From the NCBI GenBank assembly GCA_044229845.1, contig JBGASG010000021.1, forward strand, positions 1 through 35,079: DNA of 35,079 nt, read 5' to 3'. Within the stretch, counting starts at the first letter, position 1. Each line of letters begins with the position of its first letter. Origin of the DNA: Candidatus Obscuribacteraceae bacterium. Its GTDB lineage: Bacteria > Cyanobacteriota > Vampirovibrionia > Obscuribacterales > Obscuribacteraceae. Below, one piece after another: positions 18,125 through 28,966 of this stretch. The position numbers and the translations under genes are program-made. The notes under the pieces were generated by a model. It did not search any database. It saw only the letters and a list, made by a program, of their open reading frames with translations, and was not told the DNA's origin.

Positions 18125-19468
18125 TTAGAGATTGGGGCAAGATGCCGCCGGCGGCGGGCTGCTGATGCCGTCCAACCAGTGTCCCAGCTTCTCTTTCTTG
18201 GTGAGGAGGTAGTGCAGATTGTGGCTGTTGCAGGCTGGCGGCAAGCCGACGCGTCCGGAAACAGTCAAGCCGTAGCCTTCCAACCCAATGATCTTGCGTG
18301 GATTATTGGTGATGATCCGCACCGACGAAAGTCCCAGATCGCAGAGGATCTGTGCGCCGGTTCCATAGTCACGCAGATCAGGACGAAAACCTAGTGACTC
18401 GTTGGCCTGCACGGTGTCCTGTCCTTCATCCTGAAGCATGTAGGCCTTCAATTTGTTCATTAGCCCGATGCCGCGCCCTTCCTGACGCAGATAGACGAGC
18501 ACGCCGTAATCTTCCTGGGCGATCATGGAGATTGCCGCTTCCAGTTGCGGACCACAGTCGCACCGCAAACTGGCGAACACATCGCCGGTCAAGCACTCGC
18601 TGTGGACGCGAATCAGAACATCGGACTTACCGGACACATCGCCTTTGACGATGGCGAGATGTTCGGATCCATCGAGCTTGTTGCTATATGCAAAAATCTT
18701 GAACTCGCCGTAAGCGGACGGCAGGACCGTTTCGGCTTCGCGAACGACAAACCGTTCGCGTCGCAGACGGTATGCAATCAGCTGTGCGATGTTGATCACT
18801 TTTAGTCCATGCTTGGCGGCAAATTGCATCAACTGCGGAACTCGCGCCATCGTGCCGTCGGCATTGATAATTTCGCAGATTACTCCGGCTGGTGTGAAAC
18901 CGGCCAGGCGTGCCAGGTCTACGGCAGCTTCGGTGTGACCGGCGCGCTGCAGAACACCGCCTGGTTTAGCAATTAGTGGAGAGATGTGTCCGGGACGGCG
19001 CAAGTCGGCCGGCTTGCAGGAAGCATCGACTGCAACACGAATTGTTGTAGCGCGGTCATAAGCACTGATGCCGGTGGTCACACCAAATCTGGTATCAGCA
19101 TCGACAGTAACGGTGAAGGCAGTGTTCTGCGATTCGGTGTTGCGCTCGACCATGTAAGGCAGATTCAACTGGTCGGCTTTTTCGGTGGTCAGCGCCAGGC
19201 AGACCCAGCCTCTGGCCTCGGTGATCATGAAGTTGATCATGGCTGGAGTAACCAGCTCAGCGGCGCAAATCAAGTCACCTTCGTTTTCGCGGCCCTCATC
19301 GTCGGCAACGATTACGAACTTGCCGCGACGCAGTTCATCAATAGCTTCTTCAATGGTGCTGAAGGTGATTGCGCTGGCAGAACTTTCTGCTGCAGCGGGG
19401 ACTGGGCTCTCGCAAGGAGTGGGAAAAATTACACCGGCATCGTCGAGATGGACGTGTTTGTTTGCCAT
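18125..19468 (-). CDS. ribBA: Bifunctional DHBP synthase / GTP cyclohydrolase II
   Basis: '[11 protein letters not shown]', 'RPGHISPL...[11 protein letters not shown]', '[20 protein letters not shown]', '[11 protein letters not shown]'. Start ATG 19468 follows GAGGA. Confidence 0.96.
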   Translation of the reverse strand: MANKHVHLDDAGVIFPTPCESPVPAAAESSASAITFSTIEEAIDELRRGKFVIVADDEGRENEGDLICAAELVTPAMINFMITEARGWVCLALTTEKADQLNLPYMVERNTESQNTAFTVTVDADTRFGVTTGISAYDRATTIRVAVDASCKPADLRRPGHISPLIAKPGGVLQRAGHTEAAVDLARLAGFTPAGVICEIINADGTMARVPQLMQFAAKHGLKVINIAQLIAYRLRRERFVVREAETVLPSAYGEFKIFAYSNKLDGSEHLAIVKGDVSGKSDVLIRVHSECLTGDVFASLRCDCGPQLEAAISMIAQEDYGVLVYLRQEGRGIGLMNKLKAYMLQDEGQDTVQANESLGFRPDLRDYGTGAQILCDLGLSSVRIITNNPRKIIGLEGYGLTVSGRVGLPPACNSHNLHYLLTKKEKLGHWLDGISSPPPAASCPNL

Positions 19469-19509
19469 GCTTGTTTGTTTCCTCAGCAGTCGCCCCAATC
19501 GTCAGGTTG

Positions 19510-20190
19510 TTAAGTGTAACTGTCCTCAGATGCAAACGACAGCGATAACCCCCCTTTGTTAATGTTTTGGCCGACGTGTGGCTGCAGCATACGAGCGACG
19601 AATTTGCCGATCAAATCAGCTTCTATGTTGACCATGTCGCCCGCCTTGAGAGCCCCCAGCGTGGTCACTTCCAGGGTGTGCGGAATCAACGCGACCGCAA
19701 AGCGGAATTTGTCGGCGACCCCCTCTGCTGAGTTTTCTTTAAGATAAACCAGGGTGAGGCTGACACCGTCGATTGTGACACTGCCCTTTTCGATGAAAAA
19801 TGGCGCCAGCTCCACTGTCGACTCAAATTCCACCAGGTTGGAGAAACCCTCTTTGGTGATCGATGTCACCGTCGCCTGCGCGTCGACATGCCCCGAAACC
19901 AGATGTCCGCCCAGACGATCGTTAAGTCGCAAAGCGCGCTCTAGATTGACGCGATCGCCGACTTTGAGCAATCCCAGCTTGGTGCGCCGCAGCGTTTCCT
20001 GCACCGCCTCCACTTCAAACCAGTTTGGTTGAAACGCGGTGATAGTCAGGCAACAGCCCGAGGTGGAGATAGAATCTCCCACCTTCGCATCTTGCAAAAT
20101 CAGCTTCGCATCAATGCGCAGTCGGCATCCATCGGACGTGGTCTCGATGGCGCTGATTACACCAACTTCTTCAACGATTCCTGAAAACAA
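19510..20190 (-). CDS. ribE: Riboflavin synthase alpha chain
   Basis: TTG start at 20190 gives the canonical MFSGIVEE. Also 'GDSISTSGCCLT', 'VNLERAL...RLGGHLVSGHVD', 'KGSVTIDGVSLT'. Confidence 0.95.
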   Translation of the reverse strand: MFSGIVEEVGVISAIETTSDGCRLRIDAKLILQDAKVGDSISTSGCCLTITAFQPNWFEVEAVQETLRRTKLGLLKVGDRVNLERALRLNDRLGGHLVSGHVDAQATVTSITKEGFSNLVEFESTVELAPFFIEKGSVTIDGVSLTLVYLKENSAEGVADKFRFAVALIPHTLEVTTLGALKAGDMVNIEADLIGKFVARMLQPHVGQNINKGGLSLSFASEDSYT

Positions 20191-20253
20191 GACGTGCGCC
20201 CTCACTGCTTGATGGAGAGCACATTGTACATGGACCGGCGACCGGCTCGTGGA

Positions 20254-20826
20254 CTACTGCGGCTGTTGTTGTTGCACTTGCGCAGACATGTCGACCATGT
20301 CGACCAGAATCGGCTCTTTATTGTCCCGGCGTTGACCGATGTAATACTTGAGTGCAATCGGTTGGTCTTCGACGCCTTCGGCTGAGTGTTTGACCACGTG
20401 GCCACGGACATACATGGGCACCTGCCCGTTGGCTTCGGGTTGGTCCGCCATCTTGATCGACTCGATGAGAACCGCCGATACAGTCTTGGTTTCGGTGAGC
20501 ATGCGAGTCTGCGCAATCGCTTCTTCCGGCGTCGGCGGCAAGAACTTGCACTTCTTCAACTTCTTAAGCAGGCTGGGACCCAGTTCTTGTTTCTCCAGCA
20601 TGGTGACGGACTGCGGGAAAGTCAAATATGTGCAATCAAGCAGGTGATAAGTGACGATGCGCGCGAACCGGTCGAAGTTGACCTTTTGTTCGGCGGTCAC
20701 GGCTTTCGATGGCATCATCTTAGGCAACATGAACAGGTTGAAGAGGACGCTGGCTGCCAGGGCGCCGTGCACACCATATTGGCGGACAAACTCTTCGGGA
20801 TTGAATTTTCTGATTCGCCAGTACAT
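20254..20826 (-). CDS. Bitopic membrane protein, putative VirB8/TraE-like (NTF2-like) subunit
   Basis: Short N-terminus and one TM, then helical 'FDRFARIVTYHLLDCTY..F' followed by alternating beta strands. Lies downstream of virB4. The ORF is solid; the family is inferred. Confidence 0.5.
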   Translation of the reverse strand: MYWRIRKFNPEEFVRQYGVHGALAASVLFNLFMLPKMMPSKAVTAEQKVNFDRFARIVTYHLLDCTYLTFPQSVTMLEKQELGPSLLKKLKKCKFLPPTPEEAIAQTRMLTETKTVSAVLIESIKMADQPEANGQVPMYVRGHVVKHSAEGVEDQPIALKYYIGQRRDNKEPILVDMVDMSAQVQQQQPQ

Positions 20827-20846
20827 CGTTGCTGTTCCTCACTGAG

Positions 20847-21224
20847 TCATTGGTACTCTACGCGACCGAGCTCCCACTGATTGTTCTTCTTATAGAAGTT
20901 CAGAGTAGCTCCACAGTCAACGACTTCGGACTGTCCCGGTCCGTCGCCGGTGGTAAGCGAAATTTGTTGCCTACCCTTTACCTTTACTATAGCGTCATTT
21001 GCCGTTTTTTGAACCACCGAAACATCGGTGATTTCAGCTTTTGATGCCCATTTCTGCGTCGCCGATTGCGACCAGTTCCAGGTAAAAACGTCATAGGCGT
21101 AGTCTTTTGCCACTTCCTGCAGGCGCATATTGGCGACAAACTGCAATCCGGCGTAGACCACAAGAAAGACGGCGCAAAAGCCAACAAACCATTTGCCCGG
21201 GCTGAAGATTTTATTGACGTCCAT
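20847..21224 (-). CDS. Small bitopic membrane protein (NTF2/cystatin-like beta domain)
   Basis: TM at about residues 12-30, a helix, then strands ending 'LNFYKKNNQWELGRVEY'. Confidence 0.6.
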   Translation of the reverse strand: MDVNKIFSPGKWFVGFCAVFLVVYAGLQFVANMRLQEVAKDYAYDVFTWNWSQSATQKWASKAEITDVSVVQKTANDAIVKVKGRQQISLTTGDGPGQSEVVDCGATLNFYKKNNQWELGRVEYQ

Positions 21225-21262
21225 TGTCGCGGGTATCTTTCGGTCGGGTGTCTGTCAGTTCG

Positions 21263-23690
21263 CTATTGCTCGTGCTGCAAGCCCAGGTAATAAACCGCTT
21301 GCCGGCAAGCGTCCGTATGGCTGAGCTGCGGGTTTTTGGCTTTCACTTCACGAATCATCTCAGCCCGGCGCGGAATGTCTTTGATCGGTTCTGACGTGCA
21401 GATCCAGTAATCCATCGGGCTGGGCACCAGTCGAATGGTGCCGTGCACACCGCCGACGATCAAGAGGCACTGGCTGTCGCGTCGTTTCTCTTCGTCTTTG
21501 GTGAAGTTTTCGATGTGCTGTACTTCGGCATCCGTCAGTCTGAGCGTTTCTTTCAAAAGGCGCAGATCGGAGGGATCCTGACGCAAGAGAATCTTCATGT
21601 GGGCGTTTTTGACGACCGAATCGGCAAGTTCAGCCTGCCGGAAAAAGTCTTTCAACTGCTGCGTAATGGTGACCAGCATCATACCGTAGTGGCGGGCGCG
21701 TCTCGAGAGATCGTCCAACAGGCGCGCCCCGGCTTTGAACCGCATCAGTGTCGCGGCTTCGTCGATGATGGCGGCAAATCTGATGCCGCGCGCCTTGCTC
21801 TCGGCTGCTTTGCGGCGAATAAATTCCGCCAGGATGAACACCGCCATCCGTTCCAGACGCGGGTCGTTGACTTCTCTGGTATCAAATACGATGAACAGTT
21901 TTTCGGTGTCGACGTTGGTGTAGCCATCGACCAATCCGCCGAAGGCACCAGCGCGCGTAAACAACGAAAGACCTCTGGAGAACTGCTGCAGGCGGTCTCT
22001 CTGCAGCGGATCGATTTCGTCGGCGGCTGCCTGGGTGGTGACGCGAGCCAGATCCGACATGGTGGGCACGGTACCACGGAGAGTGGCATCCATGTAAGCC
22101 ACGCGAATCAAACCATCGAGCAAGGATTTTTCTTCGACGTTCAACTCTTCGCGCCCTTCCGGAGCCAGCATGATGTCCAAAAGTGACAGCAGGTTACTGA
22201 CTTTGTCTGCCGAAGGCTCGCCGGGATTGTCTTCCGGTCCGAGATCGAACGGGTTGAGAATAAATCCCGAGTTGGGACCGAGGTCCACATAAGCGCAATA
22301 TTCCGGACCGAGAAGTTCGGTCAAGAAACGGTAGGCGCCGAATTTGTCGACAGTCTTATCAATCAGCACAAAGCGTGTGCCCAGTGGCAGAAGGCGCAAA
22401 ATCATCATAGACACGGCGAACGATTTACCGGCACCGGTCGTCCCTACAACAAACATGTTGTTCGCGTCTTTGCCGGCACCCCTGAAAAACGGGTTGAGCA
22501 GCACCGGTTCGCGCGATGCGATCGCAAAGCCGAACGGCACGCCATCTGGGGTTCCGCAACTGGCTGTGAAGAACGGCCAGAAAGTACCCACCACCGGTGA
22601 CATCACACGATGAACAATGGCCAGCTTGTCCACGCCCATCGGCAAGGTCGATTGCCAGGCATCGAACTGCAGCATCTGGGCTCGATCCAGAATGGCACCG
22701 CGGTTCTTGAACACGCGGCGGATTTCATCCATGTGTTGCGCGAGTTTTTCAGGCGTTTCACCGTGCGTCTTGATGTAGACGCTGATGTCGAATGCTTTAT
22801 TTGACGAGCGAAGAAACTCTTGAATGGCTGCCGCTGCGCTCCTGGTCGACTCCAAACCTTCAAGGTCGGGAGTGGCGAGCTGCGTCGATGCCACCATACC
22901 CAAGCGATAGCGTGTGGTGAGTTTTTTGCGCACCGAATCCTGATCGCACATGTGAATGTACATGGTCATCGTGTACTCGACCGAAAGCGTCAGCAGATCG
23001 ACGAGCCAACCCATCCAGGTTTCGTGCGGGGTTTCCGCCATGTACTGGGTGCCCATATACTTGCCGTCCAGCCAGACGTTTTCTTCGCCGACTCTCAAGG
23101 CTGACCGAGCCAGCACCGATGATTCTGATTGTCCCGGTCTGGTTGCCGGTGCTTCATCATCCATCTCGGAAAGCGTGGGGTTGAGGTTGGCGTAAATCAA
23201 TTTGCGCACTTCGCGACGATTGAGCATCACCGGTCGCAAGTTGGAACCGCGCAGTTGTTCGAAACAGGTCTTCACCAGACGATTGAGGGTTTCTACAAAT
23301 TCCTCGTGCTTCTGGATTGAACGGCGCCCCGACCAGGGCTGCGTCAAATTTTTGGTGTCAGGCGGGTTGTAGCTGACGACGATATAGAAATCGCGTTGCG
23401 GCACGAAGTGAACTTCCTGCACGCGCCGGAACCATTTATCCGTGTAGTCTGCATACCACTTCAAGTACTCGTTGTCGGTCTTCAACAGCATGGTGTAACG
23501 CTGCAGATATTCATCTACTGAAAGGTTGCGCGATGAAATGATGATTTGAATGTCCGAATCGCAGGAGTTTGCCAGCGAAGCAAACCCGCGGGCCAACATT
23601 TCACGCTCAGCCTCATCGAACAAAAGCGCATTTATGCCTTTGCAGCCGATAAACTTTCGCATGCTGCCGTCTGCGAGCACGACCAGATCG
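21263..23690 (-). CDS. virB4: VirB4/TraC-family ATPase; true start lies in the corrupted region upstream (possibly ATG 24590)
   Basis: Walker A 'VVGTTGAGKS', 'LNPFD', Walker B 'AAIIDEA', 'RRARHYG..LVTITQQLKDF', 'KILLRQ', and an N-terminal TraC-like domain ('QFDAWQSTLPMG'). Confidence 0.88.
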
Positions 23691-24990
23691 GGTTTGTGTC
23701 TTGCCGGCTTCGCAAGTTAAAGGCGAACCGCGCACCATTTCAGTTGTTCGAAACAGGATTTCTTCACCAGACGATTGATCGGGTTTCGTCCGCAGCCAGT
23801 TTTCGAATTCGCGCGACTGGGGAATCGTGCTTCATGGATTGAACCAGGGGCGCCTTCCCGACCGAGCCCGGCTGCGATGAGCCATGAATTTGTTGATTGA
23901 CTGAGGCGCTTTTCGATGGTTTGGGTTGGTTGCCCAATCGCTCCTTCCGGCTGAGGCAGGTTGTAGCTGACGACGACTCGCTGTTCCGGTAGTCAAAAAT
24001 CACACCCATTTGACGCGTGTTGAACTTCACGTTGCGGATATCGATAATCTGATCCAAGTGAACTTGGCACCTGGATTTTGAACGCAGCCTGATCGCTCGA
24101 AATCCTTCCATAAGGACATAACGGTAAAGTTGCGCGTCTGCGCCTGAAGCAGCGCCGTAAGTCTGCATACCACGGTTGGGGTTTCACCATTTCTTTGAAG
24201 TACTCGTCCGTCGGCGCAGGATTTCGCCTATCAACAGCATGAGCTCCTGAGGGTGTATGGCTGCGACGCGATTGATTGCGCAGCTTCGGAAGCCAGAGAC
24301 TTATGGAATCATGCGCGAACTATCCGCTGAAATCGGTTGCGCGATGGCGCTGCCCGGTAGCCCTGTGAGCCCGGTTGTCCGCGGATGGACTGAGGCGTTT
24401 CTTCAATGGTCCGGCTTTGCCGAATCGGCATAGCGAGTTTCAGTTTGGACAGTGCCGCAACTCGCTGTTCCGGTAGCCGGGTCGTTCCGCCCATCTCAGT
24501 TGAAGCCGGTTGGCGCCCGAGACGCTGATATCGATAATCATCTGGGTTCACGCTCATGCGCACGCACTCGCTGTCCGGAAACTGCGTCATAATTTCAGCA
24601 GCCCCTGACTTCCCACATAGAATTCTTGCAGATCACAGATGCCAGGTGGACTTCACCGAATGGATCGTTGACGCTCTTGCGCGCGCCATGTCCGCCCGGA
24701 AGTCCCCGGACGTCCGCCTTGAACCGGCGTTCCTTACCCAGCGACGTGAATGCGCTACCTGAGCCCTGTCCGCCCGGTTGTCCGCGCATAAGCGCGGCTC
24801 CCGATGTCCGGCTTTGCCTGGCAAATTCATGGCCCGGACCGCTGCGAGCGATGTGTTTTCCTCCGGCTGTCGGCGTATAGCGAGCCACTGCTCTCCGGCT
24901 CCCGGCGACCGGTGGTTCCGCCTCTCAGTGAGCCTGCGAGACGCTGGTATCGCTGTCCACCACTCGCTGTCCGAAACAACGTCTGCGAGG
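23680..24990. other. Mosaic of interleaved near-duplicate blocks (probable assembly/consensus artefact)
   Basis: Exact 13-18 nt blocks recur in colinear order: 23252-23286 at 23741-23778, 23365-23382 at 23959-23976, 23447-23459 at 24161-24173, 23977 vs 24461, 24037 vs 24527, 24369 vs 24772, 24565 vs 24961. Confidence 0.8.
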
Positions 24991-25131
24991 TGCCGCCTCT
25001 GGTTGCCACCGCCCGAGATTTCAACGCCGCACCAGCTGCGGTGGCAGCCGCCGAGACTTCGCGCAGACTCCCGTATCGACGACTGCTGGCTGCCGCCTGT
25101 GAGGTTTTGCTGGAAATTCTGCGCGACTGTA

Positions 25132-28100
25132 TCAATCAGACCAGCCTGGCTGCTGCTGAATCACGGACGGCTGGATATAACCGGCACTAATGGCATTGCC
25201 GGTTTCCGCAGCCCGCGCCTCCATTTGATTGCGCACTTCTTGTTGCAGTTGCGACCCGGCACTGGCAACGATGTCCTGACCAGCCGCCTGCGATGAGGCG
25301 ATGATCTGACTGCCGGCGGAGCCTTGCACCACCGAAGTATCGATGTTTGGCGCGGCATTAGCCGGCGGCACAATCGTCGACGATGAGTCGATCGAGTTGA
25401 GCGCACCACCTGTGTAGCTGGTGAATTGCATCGCGTTGTCGTTGTACGCCTGCCCCGTCGTCACATCATAGGAGTAGTTGGGATTGTAGACCGTACCGCC
25501 GTCGATTGAACCATAGGTGGTATCACCGTGGATGGTATCACCGTGATAGACATTACCGGCTGCTCCGGAGGCGATACCGGCTGTGTCGATACCGGAGCTG
25601 ATGCTGCCCATTGAAGAAACGGCACCGGCTTGTCCGACAGCCACGACGTTGGCCGACGAAGCCGCATCAGATGCGATGCGCGAGAGCTGGGTCTGCACAT
25701 CAGAATAAACCGCTTGTTGCTGTTGCTGCATAGCAGTTTGCACAGCTTGCTGAATATTCTGTTGCGTCTGATCGAAGACCGCCTGGGCGGCTGGATTATT
25801 TTGCAGAGCTTGCTGCATTTGCTGCTGCTGCATGAGCTGCTGCATCTGCTGCGCCTGTTGTTGCATCTGCGCGGCGACAGCGGCTTGCTGCTGCTGCACG
25901 TGTTGCTGCCAGGCTTGCTGCGCTTGCTGCTGGGCCTGCTGCTGCATTTGCGCGGCCACTCCCGGATCTTGGGAAGCCCCGGCAGCGTTTGGACCTTGCA
26001 TTTGCTGGTTGTATTGCTGCTGCATTTGCTGCGCCACTTGCAGGCTGTCTTGCGCCTGGCGAGCCAGTAGCTGTTGGATGTCCTGCTGTTGTTGCTGCTG
26101 TTGCTGCTGCAACGCTTGCTGCACCGCCTGCTGTTGACCGGGAGCGGTGCCGGCGAGCATTTGCTGCATGAGCTTATCTTGTTCAGCTTGTATCTGCTGC
26201 TGCGTCTGCGCTTGCTGCTGACCGAGAGCTTGCGCCATCGCGGTGCCCTGAACGTCACGAGCCAGTTGCTCGGCTTGCGACGCGGAGGCATTGATATTGC
26301 TGAACTCAGTGGCCATGCTGTTGTAATCGGTGTCGCTAACATTCAGCTGATCGAAATCGATGATGTCGGCGCTGTTGGCCATGCGGGCATAATCCAGTGA
26401 GCCGTCACTGTTGGTGAACTGCGAGAACTGGGCGGGATTGGAAGCCGCCAGGTTCATCAGCTGCTGATTCATGCTGTTGTACGAAGCATCCAGACCGCCA
26501 AGCGACGTGTTGAAGCTGGCGCTGAAATTATGACTCGCACTGGCATCGATTTGTGGTGCGTGCAGTTTGAGATCGTTCATGTGTTGCTGCGCGGCTTGCA
26601 ATGCCAGCATGTGAACAGCTGCTTCTTTGGAGTTCATGCCGGGCGGCGTCAAGCCGTGTCCGTGTCCATGTCCGCCGGTGCCGGCACCGAACTGCGCGTG
26701 CAGAGCGTGCATGGCATTCATGTGCTGATTGTGGAAGGCGGCATGAGAAGCGCTGGAGAAAGCGTTATAACTGGCGCCGAAGGTTGACCCGCCGCCGGTG
26801 TAGCTGACACTGCTGGCGCCGAGAATACCGGCCGCCGCTGCCGCGACATCACTGTCTTGCGCACCGAAAAATCCGGCTGCACCGCTGCCGGCATCTAAGC
26901 CGTCAGACCCGAGCCCGGCTATCGGAGGCGGCACAAAGCCGGCGCTGGCACCGCCGCCTCCACCACCGCCGTCGGCGGCCGAGAGCATGCTGAACGAACC
27001 GCCACCGTGAGCACCACCGCCCACGCCACCGCCTTCGGCTCCGGCTCCGGAGTAGCCGTAGCCGCCGCCGGAAACCAGACTGCCGCCCGGTCCATGTCCG
27101 AATGGACTGGCGTGCGAAGGAGTGTGTCCGGCCGAGCTGGTACCGACTGTGGTGCCGCCCGTGGACGCAGATGTACCGGTGCCGATGCCCGGCGCATGAG
27201 ACGCGGCTGCATGCCCGCTGCTCGGACCTGAGGACGCTGCAGTCGATCCTTTGCCGGCACCTTTGCTGGCCCCGACACCGGCGCCGGCGCTTTGACCCAT
27301 TTTGCCCGCCTGACCGAGAGCCTGTCCGGCGGCAGCCTGTCCGGCTGCTTTCACCAGTCCGGCGAAGTCGAAGGCGTACTTGACGGCTGCATTGGATAGG
27401 AAGAGCAGCGCGGCAGTGATTACCGAACCAGTGTCATCCACTCCGCGGAAGCAAGCCATCAGCAGCACCACGGTGTTCCAGAAAAGAGACCAGAAGCACA
27501 GGGTGACCACGCCCTCTGTCCAACTGGGAAGAGCTTCGCGCAATTGCTTGGATGGCCAGACCCAGAGGGCGGCCACGACCGGCCCCACACACCAGAGGTA
27601 ATAGAGGTAGGCCATCTGGAAGGCGCAAAGAATATTCCAGGTTGCAGCCAGACCGGCGTTGGAGATGCCCATCATGGCACGCTCGGAAGTGGATACGAAG
27701 GGAGCCGCTTCATTGGTGCGCTCGGGCGGAACGATACGGGTATTGGCGCACGGATCTTCCAGCATGTTGGACGTCGTCTGTCCTTCCATAACGGCTGCCG
27801 GAGTCTGGTTTTTCGGTCCTTTCGGATCGAGCTGGTCCCATTGTGTCGGCGGGCGGAAGATGCCGTTGTCGTTTTCGTGAGCCATGCGGATCGGGAATGC
27901 GCGCACATGCAAGCAGAGGGCATCTTTGTACATGTCCGAGTTGAAAATGCGCTTGTACTCACTGGCGATGGTGTAGGTGATCGAGTTGGCAACGTCGATA
28001 CCGTAGTTGATCACCAGATAGGTAGCCGGAATCAAGAATATGGCAACTATCGAACGCAATATGCCTTCGAAGGGGCTGGACACATCTTGAATAACGGGCG

Positions 28101-28932
28101 TACCGGCCGAGACGATTGCCTTCACCTGAGCCAGCACCGCCCCTGGTAGCAGAATCAAAATCGCCATCGGAATAAAAAGCTGATCGCGAATCTTGTTCCA
28201 GCGGTTGCCTTGATCGACAGTGAAGTTGTAGAGATAACTGGCGGTGAAGTCGATGGCTGAAGCTGCCTGGTTTCTTTCCAGGTTGGCAGCGGAGTCGGCG
28301 GTGTTCTGCATCTGCATGTTGCCCATGGAACCCATGGTCCACATAACGCGCTCGGGATCGAACATTTCAGCCAGCATGATGTTCTGGTTGTAGCGATGGA
28401 TCATTTGATATTGCGTGTCGGACACTGGGTAGCCCCAGGTCTTCAACATGTGATCGCCGATACCTTCGTCGCGCTTGGTGGCCAGAGGCGAGGTGGCTGT
28501 AGGAATTTCCACGGGCCATTTATAGACATCGTGCAATGTGATCTGTCCCGGTCCCACCGACTTGCGGTCGACGACTTCGTCATGTCCCATCGGGTGAACT
28601 TCTTTGGGCACGAATGGTGCGTTGTTGGGATCGGCGTACGTGTAGTCCTGGCGGATGTTTGCCGGGTTAAAATACGGGTGGCTGTTGTTACGGTTGAGCA
28701 GATCGTTCTGACCGCCATTCTGCAGCGGCTGCGGATTGGCGGTGGCACCACCCTGGTTTTGTCCACCCGGATTGGGGATGCGCGGCGGAGTTTGCGCAAC
28801 CGCCGGGTTCGTCGAACCGACGATACCGATGATCAGGGCGCCGACGGCGGCCAGTGTCAAATACGCCAGAGTCAGGCGCTTTGTCAGTTGCATTGGTTGC
28901 TTGCGGAGAATCATTTTTATTGCCTCGTGCAT
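25132..28932 (-). CDS. Extended VirB6/TrbL-like membrane protein with Gly/Ser-rich and Gln-rich C-terminal region (probably continues by frameshifts to about 24633)
   Basis: Signal peptide, then 'LFIPMAILILLPGAV...ILRSIVAIFLIP...IDVANSIT...YYLWCVGPVVAALWVWP...SWTEGVVTLCFW', a VirB6-like TM layout. Adjacent to virB4. Confidence 0.7.
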   Translation of the reverse strand: MHEAIKMILRKQPMQLTKRLTLAYLTLAAVGALIIGIVGSTNPAVAQTPPRIPNPGGQNQGGATANPQPLQNGGQNDLLNRNNSHPYFNPANIRQDYTYADPNNAPFVPKEVHPMGHDEVVDRKSVGPGQITLHDVYKWPVEIPTATSPLATKRDEGIGDHMLKTWGYPVSDTQYQMIHRYNQNIMLAEMFDPERVMWTMGSMGNMQMQNTADSAANLERNQAASAIDFTASYLYNFTVDQGNRWNKIRDQLFIPMAILILLPGAVLAQVKAIVSAGTPVIQDVSSPFEGILRSIVAIFLIPATYLVINYGIDVANSITYTIASEYKRIFNSDMYKDALCLHVRAFPIRMAHENDNGIFRPPTQWDQLDPKGPKNQTPAAVMEGQTTSNMLEDPCANTRIVPPERTNEAAPFVSTSERAMMGISNAGLAATWNILCAFQMAYLYYLWCVGPVVAALWVWPSKQLREALPSWTEGVVTLCFWSLFWNTVVLLMACFRGVDDTGSVITAALLFLSNAAVKYAFDFAGLVKAAGQAAAGQALGQAGKMGQSAGAGVGASKGAGKGSTAASSGPSSGHAAASHAPGIGTGTSASTGGTTVGTSSAGHTPSHASPFGHGPGGSLVSGGGYGYSGAGAEGGGVGGGAHGGGSFSMLSAADGGGGGGGASAGFVPPPIAGLGSDGLDAGSGAAGFFGAQDSDVAAAAAGILGASSVSYTGGGSTFGASYNAFSSASHAAFHNQHMNAMHALHAQFGAGTGGHGHGHGLTPPGMNSKEAAVHMLALQAAQQHMNDLKLHAPQIDASASHNFSASFNTSLGGLDASYNSMNQQLMNLAASNPAQFSQFTNSDGSLDYARMANSADIIDFDQLNVSDTDYNSMATEFSNINASASQAEQLARDVQGTAMAQALGQQQAQTQQQIQAEQDKLMQQMLAGTAPGQQQAVQQALQQQQQQQQQDIQQLLARQAQDSLQVAQQMQQQYNQQMQGPNAAGASQDPGVAAQMQQQAQQQAQQAWQQHVQQQQAAVAAQMQQQAQQMQQLMQQQQMQQALQNNPAAQAVFDQTQQNIQQAVQTAMQQQQQAVYSDVQTQLSRIASDAASSANVVAVGQAGAVSSMGSISSGIDTAGIASGAAGNVYHGDTIHGDTTYGSIDGGTVYNPNYSYDVTTGQAYNDNAMQFTSYTGGALNSIDSSSTIVPPANAAPNIDTSVVQGSAGSQIIASSQAAGQDIVASAGSQLQQEVRNQMEARAAETGNAISAGYIQPSVIQQQPGWSD

Positions 28933-28966
28933 TCAAGAGAGAGGGAAGAGAAGGGGAAACGAAATG

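Noticed and set aside
20190..20254. FMN riboswitch upstream of ribE
   Set aside because: The gap is too short and lacks RFN consensus motifs.
23221..24300. Diversity-generating retroelement TR/VR pair
   Set aside because: The copy is broken by inserted blocks rather than adenine-specific substitutions, and no reverse transcriptase is present in the window.
23764..25135. Small ORFs 23764..24168, 23993..24190, 24309..24590, 24595..24888, 24827..25135 as independent genes
   Set aside because: They fall in the interleaved, frameshifted zone and are chimeric translations.
25832..26137. Cys-rich metallothionein-like + strand ORF
   Set aside because: Antisense reading of CAG/CAA poly-Gln codons in the VirB6-like gene.
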